Assembly (NCBI GenBank): GCA_019058445.1
Contig: JAHPZA010000003.1
Coordinates: 1-64,000 of the forward strand
DNA: 64,000 bases
Origin: Promethearchaeota archaeon
GTDB taxonomy: Archaea > Asgardarchaeota > Lokiarchaeia > Sigyniarchaeales > SOKP01
Reading direction: 5' to 3'
Shown here piece by piece: positions 49,244 through 59,332 of the stretch. A program made the translations under genes and the position numbers. How positions within the stretch are numbered: position 1 is the stretch's first letter; every line of letters starts with the position of its first letter. Below the pieces are notes generated by a model. It saw only the letters and a program-made list of their open reading frames with translations, was not told where the DNA came from and ran no database searches.

Positions 49244-49963
49244 TTAAATTCCGCATTTTTTCAAAACTTCTGGAAGATTTTGAAGTGTCCCATTATCGCT
49301 AATAATCCCTCCGTAATTTTCAACAATTTCTTTTGTAATTGGTGTATCTTTTATCTTTAGTGTATAATTCCTTGCATTGTTAAGGGACTTTAAATTACAA
49401 ACTTTGGTTCTATTAAGTCCAAGCATCTCCAAATTTTTCGGTCCATTTATCTTAGGCACTTCGATAAGTGGGCAGTCATGAAGGTGGAGTTCTAATAAAT
49501 TTTCTAATGTTTCTAATCCAATCACTTTTGTAAGGTGATTACCTGAAAGAATTAAGGTTTTTAAATTTACAAGATTTTCAAGTCCCTTAATTTCATCAAT
49601 TTCATTATAGCATAGATTTAGATATTCTAAATTTGTAAGATTTTCAAGCCCTTTAATACTAAGGATTTTATTTGAATGCAAGTCTATAGATTTAAGATTT
49701 TTAAGCTTATCAAGGCCTTCAATTTGAACTATATAATTATGGGAAAGATCTAAGTTCTCGAGATTTATAAGGGATTCTAAGCCTTTAATATCAAAAATCT
49801 CATTTTGGGACAGTTCTAAACTTTTCAAATCCTTTAAGTTCTCAAGGCCTTCTATTTCTGTAATTTCTTCAATAGATTTTAGCCATAAATCTAGTACACC
49901 ATTTTCTACCGAAAATTTTCTTCCCCCATATACTACATAATCTTTAATATTATTCAATTCCAT
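49244..49963 (-). CDS. Leucine-rich repeat protein (SDS22-like)
   Basis: 22-aa repeats of the form LxxLxxLxLxxNxIxxIxGL. Confidence 0.92.
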   Translation of the reverse strand: MELNNIKDYVVYGGRKFSVENGVLDLWLKSIEEITEIEGLENLKDLKSLELSQNEIFDIKGLESLINLENLDLSHNYIVQIEGLDKLKNLKSIDLHSNKILSIKGLENLTNLEYLNLCYNEIDEIKGLENLVNLKTLILSGNHLTKVIGLETLENLLELHLHDCPLIEVPKINGPKNLEMLGLNRTKVCNLKSLNNARNYTLKIKDTPITKEIVENYGGIISDNGTLQNLPEVLKKCGI

Positions 49964-50177
49964 TTGCTAACTATTGAATTATATTTTCTGATATTTAAAA
50001 CTGTTTATTTTATCCAATTTATTTTAAGTTTTTATTGATTTAGTAAAAAGCGATTGAAATTTCAAATTTTCTTGGACATAAAGATTTATATCAATAGAAA
50101 AAAAATAGAATAATTATATCATTTTTTACAAAAATAAATGAAATTTTATTTAAAATTACAAACTTAAAGGAAAAATA

Positions 50178-52334
50178 ATGGTAAAAATAAAATCTATAGC
50201 ATTAGACACAGGTGGAACGATGACAGATAGTTTTATCATCGACGAGATGGGCACTTTTACTGTAGGAAAAGCACAAACTACGCCATACAACGAATCTGAA
50301 GGAATACTCAATTCGATAGCGGATTCTCTACAATATCGAGGGATTACTCTATCCGAATCAGGTGAATCTGTAGAAGCTCTGGTTTATTCGGGTACTGCTA
50401 TGTTAAATCGGCTTTTAGAACGAGAAGGGAACAGCAATATCGGCGTCATTGTAAATGCTGGATTTGAGGATCTCCTGAGATTAGGAAGAGCTCTTCAATG
50501 TTGGATTTGGCTGGATTATGGGGGTCGCTTGCATGCGAGAGAACACGAACATCCTGAACCGCTTATACCAAGGAAGCAAATTAAGGGTGTCAGAGGCAGA
50601 ATTAACTTCTGGGGAGAAGAACTAATACCACTATATAATGAAGATGTAAAAAAAGCGGTACGCGAACTGCTTGATAAGGGAGTAGAAAGTATTTGTGTCT
50701 GTTTGCTCTGTTCATACATGAATGCTAGTCATGAAATGCAAGTTGAAAGAATTGCCAAAGAAGTAATGAAGGAAATGGGCAAAGAAATTCCAATTATTTT
50801 GTCAAGCGAGCATAATCCAGTAAGAGGTGAAACACCACGTTTGAATGCTCTCATTATAGAACAATATGCTGCTGAACCTTCGAGGAAGCAATTAATTGAA
50901 ATTGCGGAACGAATGAAAGAAAAAGGAGTGCCGGCACCTCTTAGAATTTTAACAACATATGGAGGGACTATTTCTCCTTATCACAAAACCCTTATCCCTA
51001 CCATGGTTTCAGGTCCGATCGGTGGAATGATAGGTACCCAATTTATTGCTGAAAAATATGGCATAAAAAACTTAGTATCTTCAGATGTAGGGGGCACTAG
51101 TTTCGACGTTGGGCTCGTAATGGAGCGTTATGTTCCAGCAAAATGGGAAAGTTCTCTTGGAAAATTTATATTAAATATCCCTATGATTGCTTTAGATTCA
51201 ATAGGCGCTGGTACTGGAATGTATGTAAGATATAATGAAATCTCTGATAGATTAGAATTTGGTCCTGAAAGTGCTGGATACAAAATTGGAGTATGTAATG
51301 AGCAATCTGGAGTAGAGACGGTAACCATGACTGATTGCAGTATTATTTTAGGCTACCTTAATCCGGATTATTTTCTTGGAGGGAAGATAAAACTAAATAA
51401 AAATCGAGCTTTTAAATATATCGAAGAACAAATTGCTGATCCTTTGAAGGCAGATCCTTATAGCACTGCTAGAGGTGCTCTTGACCTCATAGAAATTAAT
51501 ATGAAGAACCACCTCAATGGAATGATTCAAGGTCTTGGATTCAGACCAGAAAATTATACTTTAATTTCTTTTGGAGGAGGAGGTCCCCTTCATGTTGCTG
51601 GATACGCCCAAGATTTAAAATTTCAAGACATTTTAATACCGGAATGGGCGCCCGCTTTCTCTGCTTTCGGTTGTGCATGTGCAGATCACTCATATCGGCA
51701 TGAAAAATCTGTTGATTTAGTTATGCCTCCTGATGGCGGAATGGATGGATTTGTAGCATCCATGATGAGCTCCACATGGACTGATTTAAAAATCGAAATT
51801 TCTAAAGAGTTTGAGAAAGAGGGAAGAGATGTTAGTGAGATGGAATTCAGACCTTCCCTGCGAATGCAGTATTTCGGAATGTTTGACGACTTGGAAGTAG
51901 AATCACCCGCAGAACAATTAATTAGTCAATATTCTACGGAAAAAGATCGCTATATTTCTGAAGATTTGACAGAAATCACCAGAAGATATAATAAACTATT
52001 TGAGGAAATATTCCGCAGAGGAACAACTAGCCCGGAACTCGGATATCATATAACCAAAGCAATAGGGACAGGTATTGTACCTGTACCAAAACCTAAATTA
52101 CCAGAACAACAGCTTACTAGTGAAAAGCCTGATGATGAAGCTACCAAGGGAAATAGAGATATTTTCTGGGGAAAAGGCTGGCATGAAGCCTCACTCTGGG
52201 AAATGAGTTTACTAAAGGCAGGGAATATCATTGATGGCCCAGCAGTGATTGAAGCTCCAGCAACTACTTTAGTGGTTCCACCAGGATATCGTGTTAAACT
52301 TGATAAGCATAGAATTTTCCATATGGAGGTGTAA
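50178..52334 (+). CDS. acxA: Acetone carboxylase beta subunit (hydantoinase A family)
   Basis: DTGGTMTD, SGTAMLNRLL, SGPIGG, DVGGTSFD, SIGAG, GPESAG; first gene of a three-gene operon. Confidence 0.85.
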   Translation: MVKIKSIALDTGGTMTDSFIIDEMGTFTVGKAQTTPYNESEGILNSIADSLQYRGITLSESGESVEALVYSGTAMLNRLLEREGNSNIGVIVNAGFEDLLRLGRALQCWIWLDYGGRLHAREHEHPEPLIPRKQIKGVRGRINFWGEELIPLYNEDVKKAVRELLDKGVESICVCLLCSYMNASHEMQVERIAKEVMKEMGKEIPIILSSEHNPVRGETPRLNALIIEQYAAEPSRKQLIEIAERMKEKGVPAPLRILTTYGGTISPYHKTLIPTMVSGPIGGMIGTQFIAEKYGIKNLVSSDVGGTSFDVGLVMERYVPAKWESSLGKFILNIPMIALDSIGAGTGMYVRYNEISDRLEFGPESAGYKIGVCNEQSGVETVTMTDCSIILGYLNPDYFLGGKIKLNKNRAFKYIEEQIADPLKADPYSTARGALDLIEINMKNHLNGMIQGLGFRPENYTLISFGGGGPLHVAGYAQDLKFQDILIPEWAPAFSAFGCACADHSYRHEKSVDLVMPPDGGMDGFVASMMSSTWTDLKIEISKEFEKEGRDVSEMEFRPSLRMQYFGMFDDLEVESPAEQLISQYSTEKDRYISEDLTEITRRYNKLFEEIFRRGTTSPELGYHITKAIGTGIVPVPKPKLPEQQLTSEKPDDEATKGNRDIFWGKGWHEASLWEMSLLKAGNIIDGPAVIEAPATTLVVPPGYRVKLDKHRIFHMEV

Positions 52335-52337
52335 TAA

Positions 52338-54557
52338 ATGACGAAAAAACCAATAGGATGGAATGGTAAGTCTTTAATTGAAATGTTGGAAGAAAGTGAG
52401 AAACTTTTTGAAGAAACAAAGTATTATTATGGATTAGACAGACTTAGCTTAAAGGAACAAGATCCATTTAATTATGAACGTTGTTACGCCAGTTTAAGGG
52501 GTGCGATCGTATCGGCCAGAGAGACCGCATTACATGTTGCAGCCTCGCCAATAGTTAAAGAAATCGGGGAACTCTGTTTTGGATTATACACCCCAGAGGG
52601 AGACTCTATAGTCGTTTCAACCGGAATATTAGTCCATATTCACACCATGAGCGAAGGAGTTAAATTTATGATACGGGAAAACTATGAAGAGGATGTCGGA
52701 ATTAATCCTGGTGATATTTTTTTAAACAATGATCCTGAATGTGGGAATGTCCATACTACAGATGTGCAAACCCTAATCCCCTTATTCTGGGAAGATGAGC
52801 TTATAGGTTGGGCTGGTGGGGTTACCCATCAAATTGATACTGGTGGTATAACCCCGGGTCATGACTTGATTTCGGCCGTTCAACGATTTGACGATGGTGT
52901 CTATTATACTTGTCGCAAAATCGGTTCAAATGATAAGATCTGGAAAGACCACTTAATAAATGCTAGAAGATCCGTAAGAACTCCAATGTATTGGGAGTTA
53001 GACGAAAAATGTAGACTTGCAGGAAATTTGATGATTAGAGACGCGGTTCATGACTTTATTAAACGTGAAGGAATTGATTACTACAAAAAGTTTGTAAGGG
53101 AAGCAATAGAAGAAGGCAGAAGAATTCTCATTGAACGTGTAAAAGAACGCTTGATTCCTGGAAGGTATAGAGCCGCATCTTTTATGGATGTAGCTATGAA
53201 AAATGAGGCGTGGCAACCTATCGCTAAAATTGATAAAATTTCCAACCAACCGTTAGAAATAATTGTTAAAGAGAATGGCGGATTTTCACTTTCTTTTGAG
53301 GGGGCAAGTGGTCCCGGACCGAATTGTATGAATTGTGCGAAAGGTGCAATGGAAGGAGGACAATGGGTTCTTCTGACCCAAATTTTGATTTATGGCGATA
53401 AAGTTAATGATGGAGCATATTTTGCTGTAGAAAAAGAATATCCTCCTGGAACATGGGCCAATCCCGGTGATCCCTATCTTTCATACCAAGCGCCATGGGG
53501 GAACTTGATTCCAGCTTACACGGGAATGATGAAATGCATCTCTTATGGTTTATTTTCCCGGGGATATAGGGAAGAGGTTGTCCCAGGTTACGGATTTACT
53601 GGAGATGCGATTCAAGGTGGAGGGATCTATTCTTCTGGACCCCTTGAAGGTCAAAGGTGGTCTTTATCTACATTTGAGATAAGTGGTCAGGGTCTAGGAG
53701 CAAGTGCCGTAAAAGATGGCCTTGATCACGGATATGCGATGTGGAACCCAGAATCTGACCTTGGAGATGTAGAAACATGGGAATTATTTCAAGGAGGGAT
53801 ACCCTATTTAGCTAGGAAGATGAAACCAAACAATGCAGGGCACGGTAAATATCGCGGAGGCGCCAATTATGCTGGAATTGCAATGATTGCTTATTCCAGA
53901 GGTGTAGAATTTTTTGGAGCTCGAGATGGTTTATGTTTTCATGGAACTGGTGGTATGCACGGAGGTTATCCCAACCCAACAGGATATCGTCTTTATGCTA
54001 AAAATACAAATATGCAAGAACTTATTCAAAATCGAAAAGAATATCCTCTCGGTGACCCCGATCCTAGCAATGGTGAATTTGAGCGATTATTGACAGGAGA
54101 TATAACTAGAAAACCCAATTGCTCAACCTTCCCGATAACTTTAGACGATTATGATGTGGTCCATTATGCACTATCTGGAGGTCCTGGATATGGTGATCCA
54201 TTAGAGAGAAAATTAGAAAGCATTAGAAAAGATCTTAATGATGAAATCTATACGAAAGACTTTGTTTATAATATCTATGGTACAGTCGCCACTTATGATA
54301 AGAATAAAGAAGAATGGACTATAGATGAGAAAGCATCCGAAGAACGTCGAGAATCAATTAAGAGGGAAAGAATGGAAAAATCGATGACTTTTGAAGAGTT
54401 CTGGGAATATGAAAGGAAGAAAATAACTGAAGATAAGCTCTATGAGGCCGTTAAACGCATGTATTCGGAAAGCATTAAATTTTCTACCAAATATTGGGCG
54501 AAAGAGTTCCGGGAATTTTGGAAGCTTCCCGAAGATTTCGAGATGGAGGTGAAGTAA
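52338..54557 (+). CDS. acxB: Acetone carboxylase alpha subunit (hydantoinase B family)
   Basis: GWNGKSL N-terminus, ASPIVKEIGELCF, GNVHTTD, WAGGVTH, WNPESD, GGPGYGDPLER. Confidence 0.85.
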   Translation: MTKKPIGWNGKSLIEMLEESEKLFEETKYYYGLDRLSLKEQDPFNYERCYASLRGAIVSARETALHVAASPIVKEIGELCFGLYTPEGDSIVVSTGILVHIHTMSEGVKFMIRENYEEDVGINPGDIFLNNDPECGNVHTTDVQTLIPLFWEDELIGWAGGVTHQIDTGGITPGHDLISAVQRFDDGVYYTCRKIGSNDKIWKDHLINARRSVRTPMYWELDEKCRLAGNLMIRDAVHDFIKREGIDYYKKFVREAIEEGRRILIERVKERLIPGRYRAASFMDVAMKNEAWQPIAKIDKISNQPLEIIVKENGGFSLSFEGASGPGPNCMNCAKGAMEGGQWVLLTQILIYGDKVNDGAYFAVEKEYPPGTWANPGDPYLSYQAPWGNLIPAYTGMMKCISYGLFSRGYREEVVPGYGFTGDAIQGGGIYSSGPLEGQRWSLSTFEISGQGLGASAVKDGLDHGYAMWNPESDLGDVETWELFQGGIPYLARKMKPNNAGHGKYRGGANYAGIAMIAYSRGVEFFGARDGLCFHGTGGMHGGYPNPTGYRLYAKNTNMQELIQNRKEYPLGDPDPSNGEFERLLTGDITRKPNCSTFPITLDDYDVVHYALSGGPGYGDPLERKLESIRKDLNDEIYTKDFVYNIYGTVATYDKNKEEWTIDEKASEERRESIKRERMEKSMTFEEFWEYERKKITEDKLYEAVKRMYSESIKFSTKYWAKEFREFWKLPEDFEMEVK

Positions 54558-55055
54558 ATGGTTCAACATGATAAAAAAACATTAGAAAGAATGATAGACG
54601 GGGATTTACCTTGGGATGAGTTAAAGCCAATCATTAGTGGAAGAAAGGATCCTAACAGGTTTGATATTATTCTGGAAATTTTGCAGGAACGGGTTTCATG
54701 GAATGAAAAAATACTTCTGCCTCTTCATGAACATTTATATGTGGTATCAAAAGAAGGTCAAAGAATTGTTAAATGCGATTGCGGATATGAGTTTGGAGAT
54801 TATCGAGAAAACTGGAAACATAAATGTCGAGTTAGGGTAAGAGATACTGAAGAATCTATTGGAGAATTGTATCCGAAATATATGGGGAGCGATCCCGACT
54901 GGGAAGAACTTAGAGAATATATTTGTCCGGGATGTCTTTCGTTGTTAGATGTTGAGGCAGTTCCACCGGGATATCCCACCATTTTTAATTTTCTGCCTGA
55001 TATTGATGCATTCTATGAGAAATGGTTAGGAAGGAAAGCACCTGATAAAAAATAA
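54558..55055 (+). CDS. acxC: Acetone carboxylase gamma subunit
   Basis: KILLPLHEHLYVV, CDCG, NWK, CPGC, PGYP, FLPDID. Confidence 0.9.
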   Translation: MVQHDKKTLERMIDGDLPWDELKPIISGRKDPNRFDIILEILQERVSWNEKILLPLHEHLYVVSKEGQRIVKCDCGYEFGDYRENWKHKCRVRVRDTEESIGELYPKYMGSDPDWEELREYICPGCLSLLDVEAVPPGYPTIFNFLPDIDAFYEKWLGRKAPDKK

Positions 55056-55173
55056 CGTGAATAGAGTTTTCTTTTATTATCTTTTTTTTTTATTTAGTAT
55101 TTTAATTAAAATTACTTAATTGGTTTTAGATTGATGAATTTTAAAAAATTCGTTAATATTAACTATTTTATTA

Positions 55174-56433
55174 TTATTTGACCACCCACAATTCTCTAGG
55201 AAAATCTTTTGTTAAAATCTCATTACCTCCTTTTTTTACTAAGATAATATCCTCTGGCATCCCACCGCAATTCTTCATTCTGAAATCCCATGCACCGACT
55301 TCAACACAAAAACACATATTTTCTTTAACAATTGTAGGTTCACCTTCTATAATCCATGGAGGTTCATGGTTCGAAAAACCCATTCCATGTCCTACAAAAT
55401 TAATGATATGTTCTTGTTTGGGATCCTTAGCTTTTAACACATCCAAAGAAGTCTGATATGCTTCTCCAACTGTAGTACCTGGTTTAAGGGCATCGATGGT
55501 CGACTGTTCAGCTTCATAGGCTAAATCATTCAGTTTAAGCAACTTTTTTGATGGTTCTCCTACATAAAAATTACGCTGAAAATCCATTTGATATCCTTTA
55601 TAGGATGGTCCACAGTCACTTAGCCCCATATCTCCTTCCTTGATAATTCTATCCATTGCTCCCGAAATCCATCTAAAAACACCACCTTCTTCATTAGAAT
55701 TGCTACTCCATAATAACCAAGTTGATTGATTTGGAGTCTCAAGTAAATCTAAATCAGCACAAGCCTTCCAAAACGCTCTATGAACATCAAGTTCATTTAC
55801 TCCAGGCATAATTTCCTCAAAGGCTCTCATTGTAGCCTTACATGCGCGTTTACATCCTTCTCTTATAATTTCAATCTCATAATCAGTTTTTACACTTCTT
55901 TGCTCCCATAGAACTGGGTCCGCGGCAACGATTTGAGCGTCTGGAAATCTTTTTGGCAGAAGATCGTATTCCTCGAATGATAGATACGTATCTATATCTG
56001 GGCCTTTTTCAATACCCAGAGTTCCCTTGTATAATTCAAGCTCTATGAGAGTATTAGTTAACAAATCCCAGAAATCATCGGCAGGTCTCTGATCCATTAT
56101 AACCTCACCTAAAACCTTCCCTAAACTTGTCTCAATCCAAAATCTCTTGTCTTTAATGTGAGTAGTAAGATCTGTTTGCCAAAAGAATGCGCCATGAGCA
56201 ACTAAGACAGGTTCGAGATCCCTAGAGATAATCATACATGATCGCCAGACCCAGTTATGCATTTGAGCAACGTCAGTCCAGCCTCCGTAATATCTCCAAT
56301 TAATAGGCGAAAATAATATCATCGCATCCATATTATGCTTTTCCAAAAGCTCTCGAGCTGTGTTTGTCCTCTTTTTATATTCAGAATAGGGAATAGTCTC
56401 CCATTTTTTCTTAGGTTCAGACATTAAAATCAC
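55174..56433 (-). CDS. M24 (Xaa-Pro peptidase family) metallohydrolase
   Basis: Creatinase-like N domain; RSVKT, D..GY..D, GHGMG..HE, VEVG, ED. Likely start is ATG 56424. Confidence 0.88.
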   Translation of the reverse strand: MILMSEPKKKWETIPYSEYKKRTNTARELLEKHNMDAMILFSPINWRYYGGWTDVAQMHNWVWRSCMIISRDLEPVLVAHGAFFWQTDLTTHIKDKRFWIETSLGKVLGEVIMDQRPADDFWDLLTNTLIELELYKGTLGIEKGPDIDTYLSFEEYDLLPKRFPDAQIVAADPVLWEQRSVKTDYEIEIIREGCKRACKATMRAFEEIMPGVNELDVHRAFWKACADLDLLETPNQSTWLLWSSNSNEEGGVFRWISGAMDRIIKEGDMGLSDCGPSYKGYQMDFQRNFYVGEPSKKLLKLNDLAYEAEQSTIDALKPGTTVGEAYQTSLDVLKAKDPKQEHIINFVGHGMGFSNHEPPWIIEGEPTIVKENMCFCVEVGAWDFRMKNCGGMPEDIILVKKGGNEILTKDFPRELWVVK

Positions 56434-56623
56434 TTATTTAGATTATATATCTCAAATTAATTTAATTTGGTTTTCTAATTCTTATTATTTTATATTCCTA
56501 TATAAAATTTTTAATTTTAGTAAACCAAAACTAAATTAAAATCTAAATTGCAAAAAGATGTGAAAACCACAATTAATTTTTCATCGGAAAGTTAGTTAAT
56601 TTTAATGAGAACCGATAAAATAA

Positions 56624-57532
56624 TTATTTGCCTTTTTCTGCTTTTTCTTTTTTTTTTTTCTTCTTTCGCAATTTATTCTTCTTTTGCTGCTCTATAATTA
56701 CATTACTAATAAACTGGGTTGTTGAATATGCAGATTCTGCTTCTCCAAGCATTACATCTTTTAAGTCTTCTTCAAGTTCTTCTGCTTCCTTTGCTGAAAA
56801 TGCCATTTCCGACATCACATAGTCTTTAGCGCTCGTTTTATGCCGTTTAGTCCGAAGCTCTGCGCGCTGTAAATAGTAGTGGCTTGTCATATGTAATACG
56901 ATGCCCTCGGCGTATTCAAATAAAATTACAATAGGTGCTTCTCCATATTTTTTCTCCATCTCTCTACTTCTCACTAGCACCTTCACTTTTTTCTTATCCA
57001 AAATCTGTATAGGATAAGAAGACCCTTCCAACCACCAAATAGGGTCAGATTCTCCTTCAAATAACCCCTCTAGAAATTTGTTATCTTTACTGACGACTTC
57101 TACTCGAACGCAATCATCTCCCGTAGGTCTCTGATTATATTTAACTAATTCTGGAAATATTTTCTCTAATACAAAAAAAAGTGCCCAGTCAGTGGTAAAT
57201 AAAAAACCTCCATTCTCTACATATGTCTTTATTTTCCTTAAACTCTGCGGTGATATATCACTTCCCGGGCAGTTTACAATTAGCATTTGGTCAGGATCCA
57301 ATTCAATTTGATCTAATTCATAAGCATTTATAAGAACATACGGAACATTAATTAAATCTAGTACTAATTCTATTTTATCATACGATCCAGCAATAATTAT
57401 AATAGAGCTATCTTTCACTTTCTTTAAGATATCTAGGTCTTTTGGGCGTTCTTTTTCCATTCTTTTTTGCATAATTTTAGAGGACGCTTGATAGGCCTTT
57501 TTCATTTTTTCATAGTCAGTCATTTTTAACAC
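56624..57532 (-). CDS. Hypothetical protein, possible class I glutamine amidotransferase-like fold, Lys-rich tail
   Basis: IVNCPG, YVENGGFLFTTDWA, HMTSHY. Confidence 0.65.
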   Translation of the reverse strand: MLKMTDYEKMKKAYQASSKIMQKRMEKERPKDLDILKKVKDSSIIIIAGSYDKIELVLDLINVPYVLINAYELDQIELDPDQMLIVNCPGSDISPQSLRKIKTYVENGGFLFTTDWALFFVLEKIFPELVKYNQRPTGDDCVRVEVVSKDNKFLEGLFEGESDPIWWLEGSSYPIQILDKKKVKVLVRSREMEKKYGEAPIVILFEYAEGIVLHMTSHYYLQRAELRTKRHKTSAKDYVMSEMAFSAKEAEELEEDLKDVMLGEAESAYSTTQFISNVIIEQQKKNKLRKKKKKKEKAEKGK

Positions 57533-57734
57533 TTTATCTTATATTTTTAGAATATAGAGAAAATTAGCTCTTATATATGAATCTAGTCCAATATTTAAAA
57601 AAAAAAGTTTTTTTAATTAATAGGATTATAATTTCTTTTTTATTTTTACTTTATTTTCCTTATCAATCTAATCTAAAAAAATTCAATACAATTTTAGATA
57701 TACGAGAATAAAATATAAATAAAAAAGAGAAAAA

Positions 57735-58457
57735 TTATTCTGAACTTTCTTTTTCTTTTATAAGAAATTTAGCTATCTTATCTGGCATAAGCCAACCAAT
57801 ATAACTACAAATATTTGCGAATAAATATAATAGTGTTATACCTGTAGCAGGTATAATAATGCTCACGAATGTAGTAAAAACAAAAACCGTCGCCGATAGA
57901 AATATAAATTTTCCTTTCCAACGAATTCTTGGATCACTAGATTTAAGACTGGTATCTAAAAAAAGTATTGCTGTACTTATATAAACTATAAGCGAAAAGA
58001 GCGAAAACATAACTATGTAAAGATAAAACTCAGCAAAAATTGTTCCCGTTTTACGGCCCAAACTTCCGGGATCAGTAAGTAAGAAATACAAAAAGATAAT
58101 TACATATATACTACAAATTATTCCAAATATCAGCATTATTTTTTTAAAAGATTTCGGATATATAAGAAGAGATATTGAATATACCCATAGTATCATTGAT
58201 AACGGTGTAAATAAATGAAATGCTAAAAGAAATGTTAGATTGGGCTCATAATTCAAAAAGATAACAGTTAGAAATGCAATAATAATTGCCCACCAGATGG
58301 CAGCAGTAAAAACCATACTTAATCCAACAGTCAATAATTCTTTGCGTTTGTATGCTATGTATTTGGAGGCAATTTTTAATCCTATAACGGTTGAAATGGT
58401 TACGTTTATTATTGTATATATCGTATATACAAATTCTGTTGAGCTAATTGTTGCCAT
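57735..58457 (-). CDS. Multi-pass membrane protein; paralogue of 5466-6191
   Basis: GLKIASKY, KSSDPRIRWKGKF, GWLMPD. Confidence 0.8.
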   Translation of the reverse strand: MATISSTEFVYTIYTIINVTISTVIGLKIASKYIAYKRKELLTVGLSMVFTAAIWWAIIIAFLTVIFLNYEPNLTFLLAFHLFTPLSMILWVYSISLLIYPKSFKKIMLIFGIICSIYVIIFLYFLLTDPGSLGRKTGTIFAEFYLYIVMFSLFSLIVYISTAILFLDTSLKSSDPRIRWKGKFIFLSATVFVFTTFVSIIIPATGITLLYLFANICSYIGWLMPDKIAKFLIKEKESSE

Positions 58458-58645
58458 TATTATTCACTTTTTAGACTTTTAGAAAATTGTAATTATAATG
58501 AAAATATAAAAATATATAAATTTATTAAATATTTTATAAAAACTTTTATTTGAATTTTTTATAAGGAACATCAATCTTGAGCTATATGTGGCTGATTATT
58601 ATAAATACTACTCAATACATATTTTAGAAAAAAATAGGTTAATAC

Positions 58646-59170
58646 TTATTTGGTTTGTTTAGGTTCATCAGGTTCTTGAGTAATATATTCGCGAGCAGAG
58701 GATTCTATTTTTTGGAACTTAGGAAATCTTTTTTTCCTTAAGATTTTTGGTAAGGTACAATAGAATATAAAAGGGTAAAAAAGGGATAGCGCTTCTTTAC
58801 CAAAGTCCGTTAGCTCATATTGTACTCTTATAGGGCTTTCAGTTTTTACTGTTCTTTTAACGATTTTCTTTTGTTCAAGAAATCTTAATCTATCTGTCAA
58901 GGTTCTTGAATTGATTCCAGGCAACACTTCGTTTAGAAGTTCATTGAAACTGCATTTCTTTAGCATCATTATAGAATAAAATATTTCAAGCGTCCATCGT
59001 CCTTGAATAATTTTAAAAGTTTCCCTATATAAGTTAGCTTTCTTCCTGATTTGTTCAGCATTGTATACATATGTTTTTTGATCTCGCTTAAATCCTTTTA
59101 ACACACTGGATTGAATCGAAGGGATTAGATTTATGAGTTCTTTGTAATTACTAAGAGAGTTTTTTGCCAT
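58646..59170 (-). CDS. HxlR-family winged-helix regulator
   Basis: GRWTLEI, FNEL, PGINSRTLTDRLRFLE, VQYELTDFG. Confidence 0.9.
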   Translation of the reverse strand: MAKNSLSNYKELINLIPSIQSSVLKGFKRDQKTYVYNAEQIRKKANLYRETFKIIQGRWTLEIFYSIMMLKKCSFNELLNEVLPGINSRTLTDRLRFLEQKKIVKRTVKTESPIRVQYELTDFGKEALSLFYPFIFYCTLPKILRKKRFPKFQKIESSAREYITQEPDEPKQTK

Positions 59171-59332
59171 TTTATCTGACCTCAGTTAGTGTAAAAAATT
59201 TCGCTTAATGAGATAATTCTTTCTTTTTACTTTAAATATTGAGAATTGTTTCTATTATTTAAAGGTAAATGTAAAAAATACATCTACTGAAATAAATACA
59301 TTAAAATTAAATTTAGGTTTTATTAAAAAGAA

